Below, piece by piece: positions 24,127 through 35,961 of a stretch of 64,000 nt of DNA. Both the position numbers and the translations under genes were made by a program. The stretch is taken from the NCBI GenBank assembly GCA_001600695.1, contig BCKQ01000008.1, positions 62,001-126,000 of the forward strand, given 5' to 3'. Source of the stretch: Ascoidea asiatica JCM 7603 (Eukaryota; Fungi; Ascomycota). Under the pieces are notes generated by a model. The model did not search any database and was not told the origin of the DNA. It saw only the letters and a list, made by a program, of their open reading frames with translations. Each line of letters opens with the position of its first letter. Position 1 is the stretch's first letter.

Positions 24127-24961
24127 TTTCAATGGATCATTAGCCGCATTTTCTTTTTAGTGCAAACAAGCCGTAGTCAGGCTGGTTATAATTTAAGTAC
24201 CAAAACTGTGGGTCACGCCACGAGCACCACCAGCTCAGCCCCCGCTTTCAACTCAAACGGGTAATTCCAGCCCCTTTCATATTAAATTTTCATCTTTTTC
24301 ACAAAGCCAAACAAATTCAAATTCAAATTCACCAAAATCTGAATGAATTTTGATTTTGTTTCAAAACAACAGAAATATCAAAAGTTTCAAATAAAAACTA
24401 GATCAGAATCAGATCAGAATCAGATCAGAATCAAAAAATGATTAGAAAATGTATCAAACAAAAGGTCATCATTCTTTCATGGGTCAAAGCTTTAATTTAA
24501 ATTATTTCTAATATTAAATCAAGCGACCTGAAAACGATGGTTTTATAGTCGAATAATCAATTTCTGATTTCTTTAAATTTTAAATAATATTAAAATATTA
24601 CTTAAAACTTTTACTATTGTCTATAATTTAAAATAAAAAATAATTATAAACTATTTAGTTAGAAATCATTATGATTAGAATAAAATATTATTTAATTTCA
24701 ATTTAATGATAATCAAATTCTCTTTCTTTTATGTCAATTTCAATTTGGGTCACCCTGTCTTGAAAACACTTTTGAAAACACTTTTGAAAACACTTTTTTA
24801 TTTATCAGGGCTAAAATATCCATATAAAAAGTACTAATATAATAATATAATATGAAATAAATGTATAAAACGAGTCTATAAATCTATAAATCTATAATCT
24901 ATAATCTATAATCTATAATCTATAATCTATAATCTAGTCAAGTTTAACATAACACATTCAA

Positions 24962-27900
24962 TTATGATTTTGTAGAAACTGAAGTGTTCTCTTTTGGTAA
25001 ATAAATCTCTGTTTTACCAATTAATTTATTTTCTTCTTTTTTATTTTCAGAATTATTACCATAATTATTACCATATTTATCATTTTTATTATTGAAATAA
25101 ACTATATTATCTAATTTTAATTCATCTAAATCAATTAATGGTAATGGTGCTCTAGAAACTAATAATTTAGATTTAAATTCACTTATATCAATAATCTTTA
25201 TACCACTTGGATATAAATCTAAATATGATTTATCTAATTTAGATATTATTGTTGGTGTTATATTACTTATAATATCTTCATTACTTAATTTTGATGATTT
25301 AAATAAAAATCTTAATTCTGATAATATATCATAAACTTTATCATTTATAGAAAATAATTGATTATTATTATCATTATAAATATATTTATTAATAATTTTT
25401 TCTAATCTTTCATTTGAAATTATTATATCTTTTAATAATAATTCATTTTTTATTGAAGATTCTATAATTTTTTTTAAATTTAAATTATTATCTTCAATTT
25501 TATTATTATCATAATTTTTTAAATGAACAATTAATTTAGCTCTAATTGATGATTTTGGTGATATATAATAAAGATAAAAATATAATAATTCTTTTCTACT
25601 TAAATTTTTTAAAATTTTTATATAATCAATTAAATTTCTAAAATCAAAATATCCTGATTTTATATGATTCCAATAAAAATAAAATTCTTCACTCATATTT
25701 TGAAAATTTATTAATAAATCATTTGAAATTTTTTTTATAATTATATTAAATTCTTTTATTGTTAAATTTCTTAAATAATTTTCAAAAATTTTATTTAAAA
25801 AATTATCAACTCTTGATTCAATAAATTCTGTTGGTAATTCACTTTGAATTAAAATTCTTAATCCAATTGTTGTTCTTGTACTTCTTAATCCTGCTGTCAT
25901 TATATATCCTAATTGTTCTTTATTTCTTAATTCATTTATCATTAATTCTTCAATAATATTACTAATAATATATAATAAAACTTGAGAAGTTTTATCTTCT
26001 TTTATACCACATTGAATATATTCATCAATACAAACTGATGAAATTTCTTTATTAATAACTTCATAATTATAATTATCTCCTTGATATAAAATTAATGATC
26101 TACCTAAAATTTTTTCACTTGATGTTAATGATTGATTTTTATTACATAAATTATTTTTAATTAATTTATTTATAATATTACAATTTTTTATATTAAAATT
26201 TCCATAAATAAAACATTCATATGAAAATAATTCAAATGGATTATAATTTTTAAAATTTGAAAATTTTAATTGATTTAATGAACTTAATTTTTCATCAATA
26301 TTCCATGAATTTTCATTTAATAAACATGATGAATAAATATCAATTTGATTAAATGGTTCACTTAATTTATAATTATTATATAATCTTTTTAAATTTTTTT
26401 TATATTTATTAAAATCTTCTTCATTCATATTACTATAATTATTTGAATTATTTTCAAATTTTAATAATTTTATTATTGTTTCAAATAAATTTAATAATTT
26501 TTCATTATATCCATTAATTTGTAAATAAAATCCATTATAACTTGGTTCAAAACTAAAATATAATCCTGCAAGATTTGCTTCATATTGAATTTTTTCACAA
26601 ATTTCATTAATATATCTTATAAATATATTACATTTTATTGAATTTACTGGTGATATATGTGATGATGGATTTCTAATTAATAATCCAACATATCCTTTTG
26701 GTACTTTACTTGTTTGTTTTAACCATGTTCTACCAAATTCATTACTTTCAAAAAGTATTGGAGGTTTATAATTATTAATATAATTTGCTTCTTTTTGTCT
26801 TTCTTCAATTATTTGTCTTGTTTCATCACTCATATCACTTTTTTTATTTTCCTCTTCTTCATTGTCATTTTCATTTTCATTTTCATTTTCATTTACTTTT
26901 TCTTCTTTTTGATTTTGTAATGGAATTATAGAAATATCTGGAAATGATGATAACATTTCACGATATAAATTTTTATTATATTTATAAGTTAATAATTCTT
27001 TATCTGATAAAAGTTCAAATTCTTTTGGTAAATATCTATTTGGTAAAGGTAATGAAAAATAATTACCATTTTTTCTAATCATTCTAATTAATTTTCTAAA
27101 AAAATCAACATTTAATTTTTCAACAGAATATCTTGTATTTAAAAATGGTTCTTTTCTATAAAGATGATGATCATTATTTTTACTTATTAATAAACTTCTA
27201 AAATTTCTAATATTTAAATATTTATTACCAAATTCTTTAATTTCTTCTGGATGAAATTTTTTTAATAAAAATGATCCAAGAATATCTTTTCTTAATAAAT
27301 ATCTATCTTGTAAAACAGAAGCTAAAGTTGAAGTTGTTTCAGTTTCTGGAATTTTTTGACGACATTTAAATCTACCATATTCCATTGATTTTAATTCATT
27401 AAAAATCCATTTTTGTGGTGTAGATTTATTTAACATTTCAATATAATTAAATACATAACCAATAATTTCATCATATCTATTAAAACCTTCATCAGTTAAT
27501 TGAATAATAATTTTAAATAAATCATCATTATCACTAATATGAGTTATACCTGCAGATAAATTTATTGCTAAATTTTCACTTTTTAAATATGAAATTATTG
27601 AACCATTACCTTCATGAGAAATTAAATGAATATAATATTGAGAAGGATTTGATTGATAATATGGTCTTTGATCTGGTATTGGAAAACAAATTCTTAATTC
27701 TTGTTTATCCATTATTGGTTTAATTTTAATTATAGTACCTAAAGAATTTTTATTAATTGGATGTTGATTATTATAATTATAAATACCATTTTGATTTGAT
27801 AAATTTTTTAAATTTGAAAAATTATCTAAAGTTAATTTTGTTAAATTATCTAAAGATTGATTACTTAAAATAACTAATTTCATTAAATTTGGAATATAAA

Positions 27901-28924
27901 ATTTTTGATAAAATTTTAAAACTTCTAATTTTATATTAATATTTGAATTTAAAAGAGAATCATGTAAAGTATTAATATTACCATTTGAGAAATTATGATA
28001 AGGATGATTTAAATTTGAAATTTTTTTTTCAACTTGTCTAATTTTCCATTGATCATTTTTAAAAATTTTATTAAATTCTGAATCAACACTTTGAATTTCT
28101 CTTTCAATTAAAGATTTATTAATAATATTTTCATTAATTGGATAAATATTTAAATTTTGAAAATAAGAAGAAAATTTTTTAAAAGAAGAATTAAATTTTT
28201 CATTTAAAATATCATAATAATAATTAGTTTCTTCATCAGAAGTAAAAGCATTTGAAATACCTAAATTATCATCAATAAAATTTTCAAATTGATTTTCATC
28301 ACCATTAAATTTATTATTAAATTCATTCATATTTATATAATTTTTACACATAAATAATACATGTTCACATAAATGTGCTAAACCTTTAATATTTTTAGGA
28401 TCTTGAAATCTACCAGATTTTATACTTAATGAAGTTGAAGATTTTTGAGTTTCAATATCATTAATTAATAAAACTTCTAAACCATTTTTAAGATTTAATA
28501 ATCTATAAGATCTATTATCAGATAATGGTTTTTGAATATTTTCATTAATTGAAATTAATCTTGAATCTAATGGAGGTTCTTCAATAATACTAAAATTTAT
28601 TGGTTTTGTAGTATAAAATCTTTTTGTTATATGAACATTGTTTATATAACTAAAGTTGTTAAAATTATTAAGATTATTGAAATTGAAAGATAATTTCAAG
28701 TTATTATTTTTATTTTTATTTTTATTTTTATTTATATTTATATTTTGAAATGAAATATAATTGGTCTGATATCTATGAAATTTATTAAAAGAATTTGTAA
28801 AAGAACTTCTTAAAGGATTCAATAAAGCAGGTAATTGTTTATTGATAGAATTAATAAAAGTTTGTTTTATAAATAAAGAAGAATTTGAATTAATTATTGA
28901 TGAAATTGAATTATATAGGGACAT
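24962..28924 (-). CDS. STE23: Insulysin/Ste23-like M16A metallopeptidase with mitochondrial presequence-like N-terminus
   Basis: HLCEH zinc motif, NAFT, VDSE, HPYHNFSNGN, HLISHEGNGS, ELRNKEQLGY; first ~110 aa lack acidic residues and include KRFYTT. May be a paralog rather than the ortholog. Confidence 0.75.
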   Translation of the reverse strand: MSLYNSISSIINSNSSLFIKQTFINSINKQLPALLNPLRSSFTNSFNKFHRYQTNYISFQNININKNKNKNKNNNLKLSFNFNNLNNFNNFSYINNVHITKRFYTTKPINFSIIEEPPLDSRLISINENIQKPLSDNRSYRLLNLKNGLEVLLINDIETQKSSTSLSIKSGRFQDPKNIKGLAHLCEHVLFMCKNYINMNEFNNKFNGDENQFENFIDDNLGISNAFTSDEETNYYYDILNEKFNSSFKKFSSYFQNLNIYPINENIINKSLIEREIQSVDSEFNKIFKNDQWKIRQVEKKISNLNHPYHNFSNGNINTLHDSLLNSNINIKLEVLKFYQKFYIPNLMKLVILSNQSLDNLTKLTLDNFSNLKNLSNQNGIYNYNNQHPINKNSLGTIIKIKPIMDKQELRICFPIPDQRPYYQSNPSQYYIHLISHEGNGSIISYLKSENLAINLSAGITHISDNDDLFKIIIQLTDEGFNRYDEIIGYVFNYIEMLNKSTPQKWIFNELKSMEYGRFKCRQKIPETETTSTLASVLQDRYLLRKDILGSFLLKKFHPEEIKEFGNKYLNIRNFRSLLISKNNDHHLYRKEPFLNTRYSVEKLNVDFFRKLIRMIRKNGNYFSLPLPNRYLPKEFELLSDKELLTYKYNKNLYREMLSSFPDISIIPLQNQKEEKVNENENENENDNEEEENKKSDMSDETRQIIEERQKEANYINNYKPPILFESNEFGRTWLKQTSKVPKGYVGLLIRNPSSHISPVNSIKCNIFIRYINEICEKIQYEANLAGLYFSFEPSYNGFYLQINGYNEKLLNLFETIIKLLKFENNSNNYSNMNEEDFNKYKKNLKRLYNNYKLSEPFNQIDIYSSCLLNENSWNIDEKLSSLNQLKFSNFKNYNPFELFSYECFIYGNFNIKNCNIINKLIKNNLCNKNQSLTSSEKILGRSLILYQGDNYNYEVINKEISSVCIDEYIQCGIKEDKTSQVLLYIISNIIEELMINELRNKEQLGYIMTAGLRSTRTTIGLRILIQSELPTEFIESRVDNFLNKIFENYLRNLTIKEFNIIIKKISNDLLINFQNMSEEFYFYWNHIKSGYFDFRNLIDYIKILKNLSRKELLYFYLYYISPKSSIRAKLIVHLKNYDNNKIEDNNLNLKKIIESSIKNELLLKDIIISNERLEKIINKYIYNDNNNQLFSINDKVYDILSELRFLFKSSKLSNEDIISNITPTIISKLDKSYLDLYPSGIKIIDISEFKSKLLVSRAPLPLIDLDELKLDNIVYFNNKNDKYGNNYGNNSENKKEENKLIGKTEIYLPKENTSVSTKS

Positions 28925-29926
28925 TATATTTTTTTTCTTTAAAATTCAATCAGTATCCTTAAATTATTTCATGATTAGATTATTCAATTTTACTGAAATC
29001 AAATCTTTATTTTCTTTTACTCTTTTATTAAGTTCAAAAAAATATATTATATTCAATATTTCAAATTTGAAAATAATTTGTCGTCTTTTTTTTACATCGT
29101 TTTTCTGTAATATATATATATATATATATATATATATCAAGTATTTCATTTTTACTGATATTATCATTTGATAATACTCAATAAATAAAACTGATTTCTA
29201 TTGACAATATGATTAGAATTCGAAATTAGTAGATGAAAATTTATCCTAAAGGCATATTATATAATTCTAAAGAGTGCTATTCATTTAGGAGTGATCCTAA
29301 ACTGGTGTTTATGTCATTGTAGGCTGTTAAAGTTCTGAAAAAGGGTTGTTACTTCTAAGTGCCATAAACCAAAGATGAAGTGTTCTTCAATTGCATTATA
29401 AACTCTAGATGAAATATGAAATATGAAATATGAATAGGTGATAAAGGTGAAAGAGTGCTTAGACCTGGCTGACATTATCAGGTTATATTCTGCTATTCCA
29501 TATATTCATCATCTCTCTTCTTCAGTTGAGTGTCTCCATCACTTTTCACTGTTTTCCAACCTTTTTTTTTTTGTTTCTCTTTCGCTCGTTCATCGTCTGA
29601 CGCTGCTTTTTTTGCTGCTCACTCGCCACCCACAAAAAGAAACAGAAGCAAAACGTGACTTTGAGAGAACCGAGACCAGAACAGCGGATGCTCTGACAGT
29701 GAGACCATGTTTGGGGTACTTCTTTTTCGGCGTTTTTTTGATCCGAAATTGAAAATTGCATCAGCCATTTAAAACCAGCCACGTTCCTAAATAGGGAAAA
29801 AAAGTGATGAGGACCCTTTTTTTTTAATTATTATAAATCAGTATTTATATTTATTGTCTGATGGAATAGAAATTAGGAAAGCATCTATTAGATATACTGT
29901 AGAACCAACTGGGATTTGGTAATGAT

Positions 29927-31887
29927 TTATATTCTATCTTGAGTTGCTTCTTTCTGTTTATCATATATTATATGTTCTGGGCTTATTTGTTCATATAACT
30001 CAAACAGACTATCATTATTATTTCTGTGAGTAATACTTTTATCTGACATTGATCTTTCAACTTCTGATGAATGAATTATTGGAATTATTACTTCATCAAC
30101 AATTATATTTTTATGATTATCAATTAAAATCATTTCATTATTATTATTATTTTCAATATCGCTTGCTTTTTCTCGTTTCTTTAAAAGTTTTTTACATTCC
30201 AATTTCACATTTAATTTTAATTTTAATTTTAATTTTAATTTAATTTTATCATAAATTCCTTTCCATAAACCATGAGTTGCATTTAAAATAATTAAAAAAA
30301 TCAATAATCCAGTTAAAAATGATTGAAATCCTAATAAAATAAATCCAATTATTGTTCTTTTAAATAAATTAAATCCAATTTGTTTTGTAAATAATAAACT
30401 TAAAATTAAACTTATAACTCTAATAATTTGAATAAAAATATTTAAAAAATTATTAATTTTAAAATTATATGGTTTTAAAATTATTAAAATATTTAAAAAT
30501 ATAAAATCAATAATTAATTGTCCAATAATTTGAATAAATCCATTATTATAAAATAATCCAATAATTAAATTTCTTTTATTTTTTTCTCTTTATTGATTAA
30601 TTTCAATGAATTTGATGATTTTATTGAAATTTGTACAGATTTATTCAGTTTCAATTCAAATATTTTATTATCACTATTAATTTGAGTATTATTGTCATTT
30701 TTTTTACTTAATGATTGTTTGAATTCTAGATTTTTCTCTAAATTAATTTCAGATGAATTCAATTCAAATAAAAGTCTTTTTAATTCTTTTTTAAAATAAA
30801 TTTCAATACAAATTCTAAATATTATCATTAATAAAATTGTAATTGAAATAATTATTAAAAACCATATAAGTAAAGTCATGAAAGCATTAGTTTTTGGAAT
30901 ATTATTATTTTCTAAGAAATATGGTAATCCATTTTCAGATTTTATTTCAGTTGTAGAAAAGGAATCTCTTTTTTTTAAAAACTTTATTAAATTATTTGAT
31001 ATTGATGAATTTAAATTTAATTTTGAAATTTGATTTTCTAAAAAATTATCTTTATATTGAATTTTTAAATTATTTAAAATTTTAAAACTATTTTTATTTA
31101 AATTTTCACCACCATTACCAGATCTTAAATTATCAATTGAATTTTGTAAAGAATTAAAAGAAATTATACCAATACTCCAAGAAAAATTATTTGAAAAAGA
31201 TCTATAAACTTTTGGTAAATTTATATTTAATAAACCATTTGTAGCAATTTATTGTAAAGTATTCATGAATTCAAATATTCCTGGAGAATTAATACTTAAA
31301 TTTGAATTACTAATTGAGATTATTAAAGCAACTAAAGCAATAATCATAGTAATATATGAAATTGCAGGAATTTCAGCAGAATGACCATTTGAAATTTCAG
31401 AAGTAAAACAACCTAAATTTTGATTATGATTTGAAGAATTATATAATTCAATTGTTACATAAGCTTCTAAATCAGGAATTGAATAAGCTAATGAAGAAAT
31501 ATCATTAATATAATTTAATGGAATTGAATGATTAAATTCTAAATTATTTTCAAATTTTTTTTTCAATGGACATAATTCAGAAATATTTGCATTACAAAAT
31601 GTAATTTGTTTTTGAATTATTGAAATTCCATAAATATTTAATAATATTAAAGCATAAATCTCAACAGTTTCTTTAACAGAACCAGTTACATTATAAAAAA
31701 TTGAAGAAGTTTCTTGATTAAATTTCATATAAAAATTATTAACATTAATTATTGAATTTGAAGAATTTGAATTTGAATTTGAACATTTATATGAACCTTT
31801 TGAAGTTAAGGTAGCTAATGAAAATTGAAAATTTAAGAAAAAAAAAATTAAAAAATTGAATATATTTAATATATTCTTATAATCCAT
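29927..31887 (-). pseudogene. Disrupted FLC-family (TRP-like flavin carrier/channel) gene
   Basis: Signal peptide plus ML-like TRP_N domain (31887-31252); in-frame TAA at 31251-31249; same frame continues with LPKVYRSFSNNFSWSIG...IPKTNAFMTLLIWF to 30565; remaining TM helices (QIIGQL, KPY, IRVIS, QSFLT) lie in another frame, 30589-29927. Confidence 0.85.
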
Positions 31888-32933
31888 ATTATTTACTTAT
31901 ATGAATGAGTATTAATGTAATGAAAAGTGGTTGGTTGATTTTAGATAAAAAGAGAAGAAGAAGAAGAAAAAAAAAAAAAAAAAAGGTATTTTAAAGATAC
32001 ATAGTTTATTCAAATAATATAATTAATGAAAGAATTTATCTGTTTTAATAAACTAGAGTTTATTGAATCAAATTTTCAAAATAGGTTCAATATTAATAAA
32101 TATTTGAATTGAATAAAATCTGCTTATTTACGAAGAGTGAAAGTTTGGTAACGAGAATAAGGTTTGCCTGGTCAGTCCGGAACGCTGGTAGCGGCAGGTA
32201 CTAAAGAAAGCATGCATCGGTATACGGCTCACCCCTTGCACGCACTGCACGCCGCAACTTTTCACAACCACAAAACCTGTTAAGGCAGTACTTTTTAAGT
32301 ACTGCGCTGATGATATTAATTACACAAAACACCTTTGTAAATAGATTATTGGACTGGTTGTGTGGCATGTTTTGGGTGATTCCGATTGCCCAACTAGACC
32401 TTTTTGTGGGTTGTGCGTTTCGCAGGCTCCAAAACAGCATTTGCACAAAAAGAACTAAAACAAAAAGAAGAAAAAGAACTGGAAATCTGACAATTTTTAC
32501 AGCAAAGAATTGAAGAAAGAAGACTGAAGAAGGAAGAGCTGAAGAAGGAGAGCTGTTTTGAATGGCCTTTGTGATTGTTTGTAGAGAGTTGTTTTGTTTG
32601 AAATAAAAAAGGTGAAAAGAAATGTAAGAGATCAAAAGAAATAGAAGTTGTAAGCAAGTACTATATGAATTACATTATTTGAGGCTGAAAAGTTAGTTTG
32701 CTTTTTAATTTACGTTCGTTACTTATTTCAAAGCTTTAAGAATTTTATCATTATCTCATCCAAAGCTTTTGATATGGAATAATGTATAATGTATAATGTA
32801 TAATGTATACAGTATAATGTATACAGTAATATTTTGATACAAATAGATAAGAAATATATGGTAAAGTACTTTATATTGAATATTGAATATGGAATATGGA
32901 ATATTGAGGGAAGAAGAAAAAGAATATATAATT

Positions 32934-33875
32934 TTAAGAAGATAATGAATTTGAGATTAAATCAATACAATGATCTAAAATTTTATATAAATCAGTTGAA
33001 TCTTCATTATCTGAATTAGAAATCTCTTTTAATTTCAATTTTAATTTATAATCTTTATAATCAATTAAATTTATATTTAAATCATTATTAAATTCACCAT
33101 TTTCAACATCTTTATTTTTAAATAAATTTTTATGATAATTAACATATGTTGGATAAACATAATTATTAAAATAATTTGGTGGATCAAGCCAAATTTGATT
33201 AACTGAAGAATCTGTTGTTAAATATCCATTTCTATTTTCTCTTCTTTTTTTTAAAATTTTAAAAGGTACTCTAATAAATATTTTTAAATTTATTAAATTA
33301 ATTAAATTTATATTATGATATAATAAAAATCCATCAATTAAAAGAAATTTTAAATTATAAGATTTATTTATTAATAATAATAATGTTAATAATTTTTTAA
33401 ATTTTTTTATTAAATTATTTAATTCATTATCATTAATTTTATTAATTTTTTCACCTTTTAAATTTTTTTGATTTTTAAATTCAATTAAATTAAAATTTTT
33501 TTCTCTTGATTTTAAATTTAATTTATTTAAATTATTTGAAATTTTATTATTTAATTTAATAAAATTTAATTCATTTAAAAATTCTTTAAAATATAATGCA
33601 TTTTCTGAATCCCAATCTTCATTAATTATTAAATGATCAGGTTTATAAAAATCATCTTCATAAATTATTGAACTAATTTCATTATCATTTAATTCATTTA
33701 TTTCATTTAATTCATTATATGCTTTATTTATAATGAAATTTAATAATTTTGTTATTGTTGTTTTACCAGAACTTGAAGGTCCACTAATTCCAATAAAGAA
33801 ATAAGATGAATTCTCTTGAAAATTATTTAAATTATTCAAATGATTATTTTCTTTCAAAACTTGACCTCTTGTCAT
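32934..33875 (-). CDS. NRK1: Nicotinamide riboside kinase
   Basis: IGISGPSSSGKTT P-loop, EDDFYK, IDGFLLY, RRENRNGY..WLDPPNYF..YVYP. Confidence 0.92.
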   Translation of the reverse strand: MTRGQVLKENNHLNNLNNFQENSSYFFIGISGPSSSGKTTITKLLNFIINKAYNELNEINELNDNEISSIIYEDDFYKPDHLIINEDWDSENALYFKEFLNELNFIKLNNKISNNLNKLNLKSREKNFNLIEFKNQKNLKGEKINKINDNELNNLIKKFKKLLTLLLLINKSYNLKFLLIDGFLLYHNINLINLINLKIFIRVPFKILKKRRENRNGYLTTDSSVNQIWLDPPNYFNNYVYPTYVNYHKNLFKNKDVENGEFNNDLNINLIDYKDYKLKLKLKEISNSDNEDSTDLYKILDHCIDLISNSLSS

Positions 33876-34109
33876 CTTTATTAATTGTAAAACTAAATTA
33901 TTTCCATGGATATTCTTGATCTAATAAATATTTCCTTTCCTTTCCTTTCTTTTCTTTTACTTCCTTTTCTTTTCTTATCTTTTCTTATCTTTTCTTATCT
34001 GATTTCAATTTCATTTCAATTTCAATTTCAATTTCAATTTCATTTTTATCTTTGAACAGAAAATAAAATAAAAATATCAGCCAATAAAAACAAGCCCCGC
34101 AAATCTGGT

Positions 34110-34223
34110 CTCATCTCCTAAAGTATTACGTAATCAATCAACTTCCGACCGTTCAATCCGGGAAATGCACGTGAAAACACCCCGGAACTCCTTTTTTTTT
34201 TTTATTTTTTTTTTGAAAAGTTT
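34110..34223. promoter_or_regulatory. Divergent NRK1/RRP1 promoter with PAC core, TTACGTAA, CACGTG and RRPE-like elements
   Basis: CTCATC at 34110, TTACGTAA at 34126, CACGTGA at 34168, TGAAAAGTTT at 34214; consistent with a ribosome-biogenesis gene. Confidence 0.5.
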
Positions 34224-34376
34224 AATTCAAATTTTTTTATTGCACAAATTCAACATTTGTTTAAAAAGAAGAAGAAGAAGAAGAAGAAGAAGAGAAAAGA
34301 GAAAAGAGAAAAGTTATTGAAGAGAGTGTTAGTTACAAAGACAAGAAGAAGGAAAGGAAGATTATAAGATATCAAG

Positions 34377-35234
34377 ATGTCATCAAACTTATTTGTGAAG
34401 AAGTTGGCTGCTAATGATAGACCAACAAGAGATGCTGCTTTAAAAACTCTAAAAAGTTATCTTGAAAAAACAAAGAATAGAAAGTTGAATAATAATAATA
34501 ATAATAGCAATAAAGGTGGTTTATCAGAAATTAAATATCAACAATTATGGAAAGGTTTATTCTATTCAATGTGGTTTTGTGATAAACCAAGACCACAACA
34601 AAATTTAAGTAAAAATTTAAGTTTATTATTTTTTGAAAATATATCAATATTTGAATTTAAAAAATTTTATAAATCATTTTGGAAAATTATAATTTTAGAA
34701 TGGATTAAAATTGATCAACATAGAATTAATAAATTTTTAATGTTAATAAGAAATGTTATTAATCAATGTTTTAAAAGAATAATATTTGAAAAATTTAATC
34801 ATAAATTAATTAAAGATTTTAATTATGTTATGTTTTATAATAATAATAATAATGATAATGATGATAATGATGATTATATTGGACCATTATCAGGAAATCA
34901 AAAAATATTATCAAGTATACCATTTCATTTAATTGATATATATATTGAAGAATTTGAAAAAATTATTTTTGAAGATTTAGATATTTTAGAAGATGAAAAT
35001 GATTCAATTGAAGAAATTAATAAAAAAAATGAGATAAAATTAAATAAAATTAAAATTAATGAAAATTATATTAATGAAATTTTAATAATACCATTTAAAA
35101 ATTTAATTAAAACAAGTAAATATAAACCATTAAGAATTAAAATTAATGAAGAAATTTTACAAAATGAAACTTTAATTCAATGGAATTTATTAGAACCTCC
35201 AACAGATAATGAATCAAGTGATAATGAAGATTAA
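34377..35234 (+). CDS. RRP1: rRNA processing protein (Nop52 family)
   Basis: FVKKLAANDRPTRD, LWKGLFYSMWFCDKPRPQQ, EW.KIDQHRINKFLMLIR. Confidence 0.95.
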   Translation: MSSNLFVKKLAANDRPTRDAALKTLKSYLEKTKNRKLNNNNNNSNKGGLSEIKYQQLWKGLFYSMWFCDKPRPQQNLSKNLSLLFFENISIFEFKKFYKSFWKIIILEWIKIDQHRINKFLMLIRNVINQCFKRIIFEKFNHKLIKDFNYVMFYNNNNNDNDDNDDYIGPLSGNQKILSSIPFHLIDIYIEEFEKIIFEDLDILEDENDSIEEINKKNEIKLNKIKINENYINEILIIPFKNLIKTSKYKPLRIKINEEILQNETLIQWNLLEPPTDNESSDNED

Positions 35235-35413
35235 ATAATATTAATTAATATTTAATATATATTTAATATACAGAATATCAAATATTTAGAAAATAAACAG
35301 TAATCAATAAACAGTAATCAATAAACAGTAAACAGTAAAAATTTATTAAAAAGTAAAGCTAATATAAAAAAGTAGATAATATAAAAAAGTAAATAAGTAA
35401 ATAAAGAAGTAGT

Positions 35414-35749
35414 TTATTTTGTAAATTTTAAAACCAAAGGAACTATAATAATTATTAATAAAACTAAAATTCCAATAATTAACCAAATTTTAAATTTTAA
35501 ATTTTTTTTCCAAAAAAATTTTCTTTTATCTTTTGATTTTTTTAAAAATTGATTTGAAGTTTCATTTAATTGATTTGAATTATAATCAATATTATTTATA
35601 ATTTCACTATTATCTTTAATTTTTTGATTTGATTCTTTTAAAATATTTATTGTTTCATTTAATTCATTTTGAATTTGATTTGTTTTATTTTTTATTGGTT
35701 CTGGTTTTTTTGGTAATAAAGTTTGATTTAATTCTATATCATTTGACAT
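35414..35749 (-). CDS. Atypical synaptobrevin/Snc-like v-SNARE, copy 1
   Basis: 111 aa; SNARE heptads, FWKKNLK juxtamembrane motif, C-terminal TM ending IIIVPLV; Asn at the zero layer. Confidence 0.85.
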   Translation of the reverse strand: MSNDIELNQTLLPKKPEPIKNKTNQIQNELNETINILKESNQKIKDNSEIINNIDYNSNQLNETSNQFLKKSKDKRKFFWKKNLKFKIWLIIGILVLLIIIIVPLVLKFTK

Positions 35750-35961
35750 TTTGATAAATATTTGAAAGATTTATAATAAATTGGATTAGAATATAAAATA
35801 TAAAATACAATATAAAATGAAACTAAAATATAAAGTGAAATAAAACTGATAAATAAAGGTCTAAAGTTTGAGAGAGATTTGCAGCCTTTACAACGGTAAA
35901 ATAATTTAATAATATATGAATGCTTATGTAAGTAAGTAAGTAAGTAAGTAATTTATAAAAA

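Noticed and set aside
29200-29240. Possible 5' UTR intron of the STE23-like gene (TACTAAT ... TAG on the minus strand)
   Set aside because: The branch point is non-consensus and I found no convincing 5' splice site upstream.
30565-30592. Programmed -1 frameshift in the FLC-like gene
   Set aside because: The A-run is not phased as an X XXY YYZ slippery heptamer, and the upstream nonsense codon and missing TM block point to decay.
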